Below are positions 54,428 to 63,569 of a stretch of 64,000 bases of DNA, in pieces. The DNA is from Prochlorococcus sp. AG-347-K10 (lineage in GTDB: Bacteria; Cyanobacteriota; Cyanobacteriia; PCC-6307; Cyanobiaceae): contig QCCB01000007.1 of NCBI GenBank assembly GCA_003278955.1, positions 911 to 64,910 of the forward strand, written 5' to 3'. Numbering within the stretch: the first letter of the stretch is position 1; each line of letters begins with the position of its first letter. The translations under genes were made by a program, and so were the position numbers. The notes beneath the pieces were generated by a model. The model did not search any database. It was not told where the DNA came from and was given only the letters and a program-made list of their open reading frames with translations.

Positions 54428-54509
54428 TGGGAGCGGTCGGACTTGAACCGACATACCCGAAGGTGCCGCATTTTGAGTGCGGTGCGTCTACCAATTCCAC
54501 CACGCTCCC
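54428..54509 (-). tRNA. tRNA-Leu(CAA)
   Basis: Reverse complement GGGAGCGTGGTGGAATTGGTAGACGCACCGCACT-CAA-AATGCGG, long variable arm, GGTTCAAGTCCGACCGCTCCCA; CCA not encoded. Confidence 0.97.
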
Positions 54510-54536
54510 AAGGCTTTTGAAAAAATGAACTTTTTT

Positions 54537-54545
54537 ATTATAACA
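54537..54545 (-). promoter_or_regulatory. Extended -10 promoter for tRNA-Leu (-argD-folC)
   Basis: Minus strand reads TGTTATAAT about 28 nt upstream of the tRNA. Confidence 0.6.
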
Positions 54546-54787
54546 AAAATCAACTTATTGACTATTGTTTTGGTCAAGGAACAGTGATCAAGATAACGTT
54601 CGTTAATGGTTAATCTTTTCGATAAAAACATAGAATTATTTATTGCATTTGCTGACAAGAAATGAGGGTAAAAAGAAAATTTAAACGTTTATGATACATT
54701 TTTGTGATTAAATTTGCTTAAAAGTCTTTTTTGAAAGGAGATAGCTTCATGATTAGTAATATTGTGTTATATTTGTTAAAAAACAAA

Positions 54788-54895
54788 ATGTCCAAAACTC
54801 AAGCTAAAAATCTATCCCTTAAATTTGTCCCTTATCTTTTTATTGCAGTAACTATACTTACAACATTCGGATCTAATAGCGGAACTTGGGTATGA
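54788..54895 (+). CDS. Putative 35-aa membrane peptide (absent from the ORF track)
   Basis: ATG..TGA encoding MSKTQAKNLSLKFVPYLFIAVTILTTFGSNSGTWV; extended -10 TGTTATATT at 54765-73. Confidence 0.55.
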   Translation: MSKTQAKNLSLKFVPYLFIAVTILTTFGSNSGTWV

Positions 54896-55034
54896 ACGAA
54901 TTCAAATTTAATGGTTTAAATAAAATTTGGTCTAGTCGCTTTCTAGTTTTGTTTATAATATTTTTGGGTTGTATTTCACTAATCAATATTGCTTACGTTT
55001 GAATCAAATTTCTTAGTTTAAAAATTTGAAAACA

Positions 55035-56405
55035 CTAAGCTGCTTCTAGTTTTGTAAGATTCTGTGATTTTGGTTCAATTTTATATCCATTCTCCTCAAA
55101 AGTGTTTTTACTGATCTCTCTAATTATTTTTACACCTAAATTTTTTAGTTTTAATTCAAAATTTTCATAACCTCTATCTAGATGTTCTAATCCATAGAAA
55201 TTACTACTACCTTTTGCGATGATTCCTGCAATTATTAATGCAGCTGATGACCTTAAATCAGAGCCAACTAGATTCATCCCATTTATTGTTTTAACACCTT
55301 TGATGTGAGCTACGTTTTTGTTTAGTTTTATATTGGCGCCCATTTCATTAAGTAAATAAATATGATTCATTCTGTTTTCGAAGATTGTTTCAGTTATCTT
55401 TGAATCACCATTTGCAATTGTCATTAGAGTTGTAAATGGTGCCTGCAAATCAGTAGGAAAGCCTGGGAAAGGAGCCGTTTCAATATCTACTCCTTTAATC
55501 TCTTTACTCTTTATAGAAATCGAATTACCTTTAATCGTAATTTTGCTCCCACTCTCTTGAAGCTTAATAATGACAGCTTCAAGATGATGTGGGATTACTG
55601 GAGAAATTGTTATTGAAGAGGAAGTTGCAGCAGCAGCTATTAGAAAAGTTCCAGCTTCTATTCGGTCTGGAATTACTTTATGGGTACATCCGCCAAGCTT
55701 ATTAACACCATCAATAATAATTGTTTCTTTACCAGAATCATAAATTTTTGCCCCCATTTTATTAAGCATTTGGCATAAATCTTGAACTTCAGGCTCTCTA
55801 GCAGCATTTTCAATAGTAGTTCTTCCTTTTGCTAAAGATGCTGCCATTATTAAAGTTTCAGTCGCACCTACACTTGGACAATTTAATTTAATATGAGTGC
55901 CATGAAGTCTATTTTTGTCCCCTCTTGTTTTTGCCTTTACAATTCCCTCTTCAATAATAATGTCTGCTCCTAGTGCGATTAATCCATTAATGTGCTCGTC
56001 TATTGGCCTTGAACCAATATTACATCCACCTGGTAACGGTACTTGAGCTTCTCCAAATTTAGTTAATAGTGCACCTATACAAAAGAAACTAGCTCTTAAT
56101 CCTTTAACAAGTTCATATGGAAGTTCTTTAATAGCAATAGTTGTTGGATCTATTTCTAGTTGGTTGTTTTTACGAACTAAATTCACTCCTAAATTCTTTA
56201 AGATATTCCCCATCTTTTCGATATCAGTGAGAAAAGGTACATTTTCAAGAATTATTTTTTCATTAGTTAGCAATGATGAGGCTAATAAAACTAAGGCGGA
56301 ATTCTTCGCACCACTTATTTCAACTATTCCATTTAACTTGCCTTGGCCAAGAATCTTTAAATTTTGCGATTTAAGATATGACTTCGTTTTGCTTCCGCAA
56401 ATCAT
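55035..56405 (-). CDS. murA: UDP-N-acetylglucosamine 1-carboxyvinyltransferase
   Basis: SGAKNSAL, LPGGCNIGSRP, SVGATE, PGFPTDLQ, HLDRGY motifs. Confidence 0.98.
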   Translation of the reverse strand: MICGSKTKSYLKSQNLKILGQGKLNGIVEISGAKNSALVLLASSLLTNEKIILENVPFLTDIEKMGNILKNLGVNLVRKNNQLEIDPTTIAIKELPYELVKGLRASFFCIGALLTKFGEAQVPLPGGCNIGSRPIDEHINGLIALGADIIIEEGIVKAKTRGDKNRLHGTHIKLNCPSVGATETLIMAASLAKGRTTIENAAREPEVQDLCQMLNKMGAKIYDSGKETIIIDGVNKLGGCTHKVIPDRIEAGTFLIAAAATSSSITISPVIPHHLEAVIIKLQESGSKITIKGNSISIKSKEIKGVDIETAPFPGFPTDLQAPFTTLMTIANGDSKITETIFENRMNHIYLLNEMGANIKLNKNVAHIKGVKTINGMNLVGSDLRSSAALIIAGIIAKGSSNFYGLEHLDRGYENFELKLKNLGVKIIREISKNTFEENGYKIEPKSQNLTKLEAA

Positions 56406-56408
56406 TAA

Positions 56409-56454
56409 GACTTAATTTATTAGATTCATCATGACAAACTAATAATATTAAGTC
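56409..56454. repeat. 15-bp inverted repeat upstream of murA
   Basis: GACTTAATTTATTAG - 15 nt - CTAATAA(T)ATTAAGTC, perfect apart from a single bulge. Confidence 0.7.
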
Positions 56455-56594
56455 CACCCTATGTAACGTCATGAATATTAATTAAAAGTGAAAATGTATT
56501 TTTTGATTTCTTGGGAAATAAAAATTTAATAAATAATTGATCAAAATATTTATGTAATTAAAATATAGTTGATAACAAATTTTTCAAAATACTC

Positions 56595-57437
56595 ATAGAA
56601 AATACTTTTTTAAAAATAACTAGTAAAAACAATAATCTAGTTAAAAGATTTAGATCATTTAAAAGAGGATCATCTCCAAAAGATCAAGACTTTTTTTGCA
56701 TAGAGGGTACACATCTCATTGAAGAATTGCTGAAGTCTGGAAAAAATCCTTCTAAGATTTTAGTAACCGAAAAATGGCTAAGAAAGAATCAAAATCTAAG
56801 CAAAAAATTTGATGATTCATTAATAAATATTGTCTCAGAGGAAGTCTTGGCATCTGCGATTTCAACAATTAATCCAGATGGCATAGCAGCTTTAGTAGAG
56901 ATTTCAGCAATACCTAATTATCAATTTAATAGAAAAGATGATTTTGTTCTTGTTCTCGACAGAATTCAAGATCCTGGGAATATGGGTAATCTATTTAGAA
57001 CCGCTTTAGCTGCGGGTGTTAATGCAATTTTTTTAGCTGGAGGTGCGCACCCATTAGGCCAAAAGGTATTAAGAGCATCCTCAGGTGCAGTTTTTCATCT
57101 GCCATTTTTAAGATTTGATGGCATAGAAGAAGAAATATTAAATTCTTTACTTAATTCTTTGTCTGAATTATCAAATATAGGATTTAAGATTTTCTCTACG
57201 AGTAGCCATAATGAGAGTTCAAATAAACCTTCAAAACCTTACTGGGAAGTTGATTGGTCTAGACGTACAGCATTAATTTTGGGTAATGAAGGCCAAGGTA
57301 TTCATAAAAAAATTCAAGAAGCTTTTAATGAAACAATTACAATTCCGCATAGCGAGATTGTAGAATCATTGAATGTGGCTTGTGTTGCTGTTCCGTTATT
57401 ACTAGAACGAAAAAGAGTCGCATACACCTCTAAATAA
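56595..57437 (+). CDS. TrmH/SpoU-family RNA 2'-O-methyltransferase
   Basis: LDRIQDPGNMG, LILGNEGQG, ESLNV SPOUT motifs; the frame is open upstream of TTG 56727 and encodes ITSKNNNLVK...IEG; start placed tentatively at ATA 56595. Confidence 0.88.
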   Translation: MENTFLKITSKNNNLVKRFRSFKRGSSPKDQDFFCIEGTHLIEELLKSGKNPSKILVTEKWLRKNQNLSKKFDDSLINIVSEEVLASAISTINPDGIAALVEISAIPNYQFNRKDDFVLVLDRIQDPGNMGNLFRTALAAGVNAIFLAGGAHPLGQKVLRASSGAVFHLPFLRFDGIEEEILNSLLNSLSELSNIGFKIFSTSSHNESSNKPSKPYWEVDWSRRTALILGNEGQGIHKKIQEAFNETITIPHSEIVESLNVACVAVPLLLERKRVAYTSK

Positions 57438-57448
57438 ATAAATAAAAA

Positions 57449-58894
57449 GTGACTGATTCAAGTTTTGATTTTGATTTAATCGTAATAGGAGCAGGATATG
57501 GAGGTTTTGATGCCGCTAAACATGCTGCTGGTAAGGGACTGAAAGTCGCAATAGTAGAATCTTCTGATATGGGAGGCACTTGTGTTAACAAGGGTTGTGT
57601 TCCATCTAAAGCTCTTTTGGCTGCAAGTGGAAAAGTTAGAGAAATAGCTAATTATGAACATTTAGCTAAATTTGGTATACATGTTTCACCAGTAAGGTTC
57701 GAGAGATCAAAAATTGCAGATCATGCAAATAATTTAGTTTTAAATGTTAGAGAAAATTTAACAAAAACTCTTAAAAGAAGTGGAGTTGAAATTATTTTGG
57801 GCATTGGAAGAATTGAAGGAAATCAAAAAGTAGGTGTAAGAGATAAAAACGGAATTGATAAAATTTTCACATGTAAGAATATTGTTATAGCAACAGGCTC
57901 TTCTCCTTTTGTGCCCCGTGGAATAACTTTGGATAATAGGACTGTTTTTACTAGCGATGATGCGGTAAAACTTGAGTGGCTTCCAAGATGGATAGCAATT
58001 ATTGGAAGCGGATATATAGGTCTAGAATTTGCTGATGTTTATACCGCGCTTGGTTGTGAAGTTACCATGATCGAGGCTTTGGAAAATATTATGCCAACAT
58101 TTGATCCAGACATCACTAAAATTGCTAAGAAGAACCTTATTCAAGCAAGAGATATAGAAACAAAATCAAATGTCTTTGCGACAAAAATAACACCTGGATG
58201 CCCTGTTAAAATAGAACTGACTGATGCAAAATCTAAGGAAGTTGTAGAAACTTTAGAAGTTGACGCTGTACTAGTCGCAACTGGCAGAAGTCCTAATAGT
58301 AATAACTTAAATCTTGAGTCGGTTGGTATCGAAACAGTAAAAGGTTTCATTCCTGTAGATGATCAAATGAGAGTTAAGAATGGTGATGAAATAATACCTA
58401 ACATTTGGGCTGTTGGAGATGTAACGGGCAAACTAATGCTTGCCCATACAGCTGCAGCGCAGGGTACTATTGCTGTTGATAATATTTGCGGTGGTAATGT
58501 CGAAATTAACTATAAAAGTATCCCCGCAGCAACCTTTACTCACCCAGAGATTAGTTCAGTTGGTCTCTCTGAAGTTGAAGCTAAGGAGATATCTAAAAAA
58601 GAAAATTTTACTTTGGGAGTTGTCAAAAGTTTCTTTAAGGCTAATTCAAAAGCATTGGCTGAATTAGAGAGTGATGGATTGCTAAAGTTGATTTTCAACA
58701 AAGATAATGGGAAAGTATTAGGGGCTCATATTTTTGGGTTACATGCAGCTGATTTAATTCAAGAAATTTCGAATGCTATTTCAAGGAACCAAGATGTAAT
58801 TGAATTATCTAAAGAAGTTCATACTCATCCTACCCTTAGTGAAGTAGTTGAGGTCGCATATAAACAGGCGGCTTCTCAAGTCAATAATATCTAA
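57449..58894 (+). CDS. lpdA: Dihydrolipoamide dehydrogenase
   Basis: [37 protein letters not shown] motifs. Confidence 0.97.
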   Translation: MTDSSFDFDLIVIGAGYGGFDAAKHAAGKGLKVAIVESSDMGGTCVNKGCVPSKALLAASGKVREIANYEHLAKFGIHVSPVRFERSKIADHANNLVLNVRENLTKTLKRSGVEIILGIGRIEGNQKVGVRDKNGIDKIFTCKNIVIATGSSPFVPRGITLDNRTVFTSDDAVKLEWLPRWIAIIGSGYIGLEFADVYTALGCEVTMIEALENIMPTFDPDITKIAKKNLIQARDIETKSNVFATKITPGCPVKIELTDAKSKEVVETLEVDAVLVATGRSPNSNNLNLESVGIETVKGFIPVDDQMRVKNGDEIIPNIWAVGDVTGKLMLAHTAAAQGTIAVDNICGGNVEINYKSIPAATFTHPEISSVGLSEVEAKEISKKENFTLGVVKSFFKANSKALAELESDGLLKLIFNKDNGKVLGAHIFGLHAADLIQEISNAISRNQDVIELSKEVHTHPTLSEVVEVAYKQAASQVNNI

Positions 58895-58899
58895 AATTA

Positions 58900-59787
58900 A
58901 TGGAGATAAGACGAAGGCCACCAAATCCAACAGTAAGGGTAGAAAATTTAGAATATGCTGTACCTCATAGAGAAGCACAAGCAAAAAACATTCTGGAAGA
59001 AATTGTATGGCACAAGGATATTGAAATTAAGAATTTTAAAAAAATAGTCTCTTTAGAAGATCTCATCAAAAAGATTGAAAAACTTCCTACTCCCAAAGAT
59101 TTTTACAAAAATATCTTGGAGTCAAAAATAAAACCAGGAGTTATTGCTGAAATAAAAAAAGCTAGTCCGAGTAAAGGAGTTATTAGAAAAGATTTTAAGC
59201 CTGAAAACATAGCAATTTGTTATGAAGGGTTAGGGGCATCATGTATCTCAGTACTTACTGATAAAAGGTTTTTTCAAGGTAGTTATGAAATACTCGAAAC
59301 TGTAAGGAAATCAACTAATCTCCCTCTACTCTGCAAAGATTTTATTATTTCTGCTTATCAGATTTATAAAGCAAGGGTATCTGGTGCTGATGCAATATTA
59401 TTAATCGCTGCGATTTTAAGTGATGATGATTTAATTTATTTAAAGAAAATAGCTGATAATTTAAAGATGAGTGTTCTTGTTGAAGTCCATAACTCTAATG
59501 AACTAGAAAGGATTCTAAAGTTAAAATCTTTTAAGTTGATTGGAATAAATAATAGGGACTTAAAGACTTTTAAAACGGATTTAAAAACATCAAAAGAATT
59601 GATGCATACATATGCAGATATATTTTTAAAACAAAATATTATTCCCATAAGTGAATCCGGAATTAATAGTGCCGAAGATTTAGAATCGCTTAGATCTATT
59701 GGAATAATGGGAGTATTAATTGGTGAAACTTTTATGAGAGAAACTGATATTGAACAATCGTTCAAGAAATTATTTAACTCAAATTAA
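58900..59787 (+). CDS. trpC: Indole-3-glycerol-phosphate synthase
   Basis: [34 protein letters not shown] motifs. Confidence 0.97.
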   Translation: MEIRRRPPNPTVRVENLEYAVPHREAQAKNILEEIVWHKDIEIKNFKKIVSLEDLIKKIEKLPTPKDFYKNILESKIKPGVIAEIKKASPSKGVIRKDFKPENIAICYEGLGASCISVLTDKRFFQGSYEILETVRKSTNLPLLCKDFIISAYQIYKARVSGADAILLIAAILSDDDLIYLKKIADNLKMSVLVEVHNSNELERILKLKSFKLIGINNRDLKTFKTDLKTSKELMHTYADIFLKQNIIPISESGINSAEDLESLRSIGIMGVLIGETFMRETDIEQSFKKLFNSN

Positions 59788-59842
59788 TATTGACTTCAAA
59801 TCGTGCTATACAATTGAATAAACAGAGTTGTATTGAATATAT

Positions 59843-60511
59843 ATGCAGGCTGTAATTTTAACAGGTATTGTCGCAGGATTTGTGCATGTAGTTAGTGGCG
59901 CTGATCATCTAATTGCAATGGCACCAGCAGCTATTAATAATCCCCAAAAAGCTCTTAAAAATAGTTTCTCATGGGGCTTGGGACATTCTTCAGGAGTCCT
60001 CTTGCTAGCTTTTCTAGCGATTTTTATTAAGGATATTACGCCATTAAACAAATTTTCTAGTATTGCCGAATTCCTAGTTGGAATTTCACTTCTAATTGTT
60101 GGAGTATTTGCTATAAAAAATTCTTTTAAATTAAGTATCCACTCGCATTCCCATAATCATGAGAATGGAATTGCCCATCGTCACTTTCACTTTCATGTTA
60201 AGGAACAAAAAAATAATAAGCACTCACATGCTTTGACTGGTTTAGGCTTGCTACATGGTATAGCTGGAGGATCACATTTTCTTGCAGTGCTTCCTGCTTT
60301 AGCACTGCCTTTAACAAGCGCTTGCTTATATTTGATTTCATATTTGATTGGTTCACTAATAAGTATGAATCTTTTTACTTTTTTAATATCTTTTACTACC
60401 TTTAAAGCAAGTCAAAAATTTATTAAAAGATTAATAGCTGTAGCAGGAGGGCTTTCCTTTTCTTTGGGATTATTTTGGATTCAAAGAAGTGTTTCTTTTT
60501 TTTTGAATTAA
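59843..60511 (+). CDS. Putative nickel permease (UreH/SodT-like)
   Basis: HVVSGADHL, WGLGHS, His-rich loop HSHSHNH...HRHFHFH, GLLHGIAG; adjacent to sodX-sodN. Confidence 0.85.
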   Translation: MQAVILTGIVAGFVHVVSGADHLIAMAPAAINNPQKALKNSFSWGLGHSSGVLLLAFLAIFIKDITPLNKFSSIAEFLVGISLLIVGVFAIKNSFKLSIHSHSHNHENGIAHRHFHFHVKEQKNNKHSHALTGLGLLHGIAGGSHFLAVLPALALPLTSACLYLISYLIGSLISMNLFTFLISFTTFKASQKFIKRLIAVAGGLSFSLGLFWIQRSVSFFLN

Positions 60512-60871
60512 AAAATTTTTTAATTTAGGAATAATTAATTTAGAGGTGACAATCCCAATTATTTTTTCGTTATTGATTAATCCAAATTTATTACTGTCTT
60601 CGCTAAATTCAATATTGTCGCCAATAACCTCAACAGTATTTTGATTTACTGAATTTATCCTTTTTATAAGGTTTTTATTTTTAAATGGATGATTAAGAAT
60701 AACTATTTGTCGATTTTTAAGTATTGATTTATTCTTTTTATATTTTTTAAAGAATACAATGTCACCATTTTTTAGGTAAGGAAGCATAGATTCACCACTA
60801 ATAATCGCGGTTTTTCTTAAACCTAAAAAAAATAAAATAAAATCAAAAAAATTTTTGAAAATAACTCTGAT
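60470..60871 (-). CDS. sodX: Nickel-SOD maturation protease (peptidase S26-like)
   Basis: GESMLP...IKRI...GDN..S.DS..FG motifs; directly downstream of sodN; the start must be upstream of the ATG at 60787 and is placed tentatively at ATC 60871. Confidence 0.85.
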   Translation of the reverse strand: MRVIFKNFFDFILFFLGLRKTAIISGESMLPYLKNGDIVFFKKYKKNKSILKNRQIVILNHPFKNKNLIKRINSVNQNTVEVIGDNIEFSEDSNKFGLINNEKIIGIVTSKLIIPKLKNFLIQKKRNTSLNPK

Positions 60872-61344
60872 TAACTAGCTTTTACAAAAACGTCTGATCT
60901 TCCTTTAGAAGCCCAGAATATATTATGAATTTTTTCTACAAAACTCATGAGTTCTTCAGCTTGGGCTAAGTCAATATTAACTTTGCATGCACTGCATAAT
61001 TTGGCCGCCTTCCAAATGGTTTCATGCAAGTCTGGATAAGTTTCTAAGTGAACTGGTTTAAAGTAATCTGTCCATAAAATTAGAATCTCTTTCTTTGTTT
61101 CTTTTGCTTGCTCTTCTTTAACTGCAACATATCTAGAAAATGTATTACTGTATGCAGCCCACTCTGCTGAATCAGTGCTAGAAGGAGCTTCTAATGCAAT
61201 AAGTTTTTTTGTCATTGATAAAACTGCTTCAGCTGCAACTCTCGTAGATGCTGGGTCGTAAACACCACAAGGACCATCGCAATGAGCATGGACTTTCATT
61301 GGGGATTTTTTTTCTAGAAAAGAGTTGATGAATTTACTTAACAT
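60871..61344 (-). CDS. sodN: Nickel superoxide dismutase
   Basis: Leader peptide followed by the Ni-hook HCDGPCGVYDP; LWTDYFK. Confidence 0.98.
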   Translation of the reverse strand: MLSKFINSFLEKKSPMKVHAHCDGPCGVYDPASTRVAAEAVLSMTKKLIALEAPSSTDSAEWAAYSNTFSRYVAVKEEQAKETKKEILILWTDYFKPVHLETYPDLHETIWKAAKLCSACKVNIDLAQAEELMSFVEKIHNIFWASKGRSDVFVKAS

Positions 61345-61422
61345 TTCAAATATTTGGTGTTGTATATATATTACTTGGAGATTAACTAAATTGAAAAGTC
61401 TTAGATGTTTTTCTTACTTAAT

Positions 61423-61995
61423 TTAATTGACTTTTAATAATTCAACTTCAAATATTAAAGTCGCATTAGCAGGTATTACATTTCCAGCTCCTCTTGATCC
61501 GTACCCAAGTTCAGGAGGTATTGTTAATTTTCTTTTGCCTCCAACTTTCATGCCTGCTACACCTTCGTCCCAACCTTTTATTACTCGTCCAGCACCCAAG
61601 GGAAAGCTGAATGGAGCTCTGCCGATACTGGTATCAAATTGTGTCCCGTCTTCTAGTGTGCCCGTGTAATTTACAGTAACTGTTTGCCCAGCACTAGCCT
61701 CATCTCCTTCCCCGTTTAAGATATCTGCAATAATTAGACCACTTTCTGTAGTCCTTGAATTGTTGTCTGATGGTGTTTCTTCTGCCATAGCGAAAAGTAT
61801 AGGATTTGGATTAGATGGGTCTAGTTCAAATAAATTATTATTTGAGACATTTGATGATTTTGCAACAGGTGTTTTTTGAACTGACTGAGTTTCTGATTCA
61901 GCAGCATTAACAACTTTAGGTGAATTAAATTGACTGAAAAGAGTTAATGAAACACAAAAAACAAAAACTGCAAAACTGATAAAGACTTCTTTCAC
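61423..61995 (-). CDS. FKBP-type peptidyl-prolyl isomerase, exported
   Basis: [37 protein letters not shown]; signal peptide. Confidence 0.95.
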   Translation of the reverse strand: MKEVFISFAVFVFCVSLTLFSQFNSPKVVNAAESETQSVQKTPVAKSSNVSNNNLFELDPSNPNPILFAMAEETPSDNNSRTTESGLIIADILNGEGDEASAGQTVTVNYTGTLEDGTQFDTSIGRAPFSFPLGAGRVIKGWDEGVAGMKVGGKRKLTIPPELGYGSRGAGNVIPANATLIFEVELLKVN

Positions 61996-62081
61996 TTAAA
62001 TTTTGAAAGTTACTAGAACTTAGTCTACAGAATGAAGGTACAATAAATGGGTGATTATAAATTTAATTTCGTAATTTTAGA

Positions 62082-63569
62082 TTGTTAATCCCAACTCAAA
62101 TTAAAAGTCTAAGACAATATTTTTACCCTTGTTTAGGAGGGATTTTAGGAGGAATTTCAGTTTCAACTCATTTTTGGCTGATTTTTATGCCGATATCTTT
62201 ATTTATTTTATGGAAGGGAAGTGAAAGGAGAATAGCAAATTTTTGTTGGGGTTTTTTCTTTATCTTGATAAGTCATTCTTGGCTTTATGATCTTCATCCA
62301 TTGACATGGCTTGGGTTTTCATGGCTTGGAAGTTTAATAATTACCATTTTAATATTATTATTTTGCGCTTTTCTGGGTGGGATATTAGTTTATTTATGGG
62401 GATTGTTAGTTGAAATTATTCTCTGGAAAGAGGATGTTTTCAAAATGAAAATATTATCTTTAACAGTAAAAGTATTTTTTTTATCCTTGACTTGGGGTAT
62501 TGGTGAACTGATACTTTCTCAAACACCTTTTTTTTGGATAGGTTTAGGAGAGAGTCTTATCCCAGGTGATATTTATCTTGCTGGTTTAGCAAGATGGATT
62601 GGTGCAAGTGGTTTATGCGTATTACAAATATTGATTGGATTTTGGATTTTTTATATTCAAGGTAGATGGGAAAGAAAACTTCACTTTAAAAAAATATTTC
62701 TTTTAGGACTTTTGGTTTTTATTTTCTTACATTTGTTTGGAGGTTTAACAAGTCCATTAAAAAGAAATTATGAATATCCAGTAGCTATTTGGCAAACTAA
62801 TATACCAACAAGAGAAAAATTAAAAATAAATGATGAATTTATTGAAGAAAAGCTATCCATCGCTCAAAAATATGCTTTATCAAACAAAGCGAAACTTCTT
62901 GTTGCTCCTGAAGGAACTCTATCTAATAATTTTTATTTTTCTAAAGGCATTAAGGTTAATACCTTGTCAGGAGGTTTCAGAAATTCAAATAGTGAGTTAA
63001 GAAGTTCTTTACTCGGATTTCAAATTGGAGATAAATCTTTTACCTCATTTATAGATAAAAATAGACTTGTTCCATTAGGTGAAAAAATACCTAGATTTCT
63101 AGATAGTTTTTCAAGAGGATTATCTGCAGTAGGAGGAATTCAACCAGGCTCTGATTCAAGATTTTTTGATCCTAAATTTACACAACCTCTAGCAGTAGCT
63201 ATATGTTATGAAATTAGTGATGGATTGAAAATAAGAAAGGCTATTAATAGCGGTGCAAAACTAATAATAACTGCAGCAAATTTAGATCCCTATCCAACTA
63301 AGCTTTATAATCAATTCCTGTCTTTGGCAAGATTGAGAAGTATTGAAAATAAAAAAGATAATCTACTTGTATCAAACACTGGTCCTTCGGGTTTAATTAA
63401 AGGTGATGGGAAAATAATTCAACTTCTAGATTTAAATGTGGAGCAAAATAAAGTAGTTTTCCCTAATTTTTCATCCTACAAGACCTTCTATACAAAATTT
63501 GGAGATAAACCTATTTTGTTATTGTTTATATTTTTTATGGGATTAAATTTCTTTTGGAAAATCAATTAA
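62082..63569 (+). CDS. lnt: Apolipoprotein N-acyltransferase
   Basis: Multi-TM N-terminus; nitrilase triad motifs PEG, K.RLVPLGE, ICYE; RSIE, NTGPS. Confidence 0.93.
   Translation: MLIPTQIKSLRQYFYPCLGGILGGISVSTHFWLIFMPISLFILWKGSERRIANFCWGFFFILISHSWLYDLHPLTWLGFSWLGSLIITILILLFCAFLGGILVYLWGLLVEIILWKEDVFKMKILSLTVKVFFLSLTWGIGELILSQTPFFWIGLGESLIPGDIYLAGLARWIGASGLCVLQILIGFWIFYIQGRWERKLHFKKIFLLGLLVFIFLHLFGGLTSPLKRNYEYPVAIWQTNIPTREKLKINDEFIEEKLSIAQKYALSNKAKLLVAPEGTLSNNFYFSKGIKVNTLSGGFRNSNSELRSSLLGFQIGDKSFTSFIDKNRLVPLGEKIPRFLDSFSRGLSAVGGIQPGSDSRFFDPKFTQPLAVAICYEISDGLKIRKAINSGAKLIITAANLDPYPTKLYNQFLSLARLRSIENKKDNLLVSNTGPSGLIKGDGKIIQLLDLNVEQNKVVFPNFSSYKTFYTKFGDKPILLLFIFFMGLNFFWKIN

Noticed and set aside
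54423-54503. 27-aa N-terminal extension of ArgD (MVELVDAPHSKCG...) in the ORF track
   Set aside because: It is the translation of tRNA-Leu(CAA); ArgD-like sequence begins at MNTYSRF
61362-61374. GTA-TATATAT-TAC upstream of sodN as an NtcA site
   Set aside because: Spacer is 7 nt; NtcA requires GTA-N8-TAC
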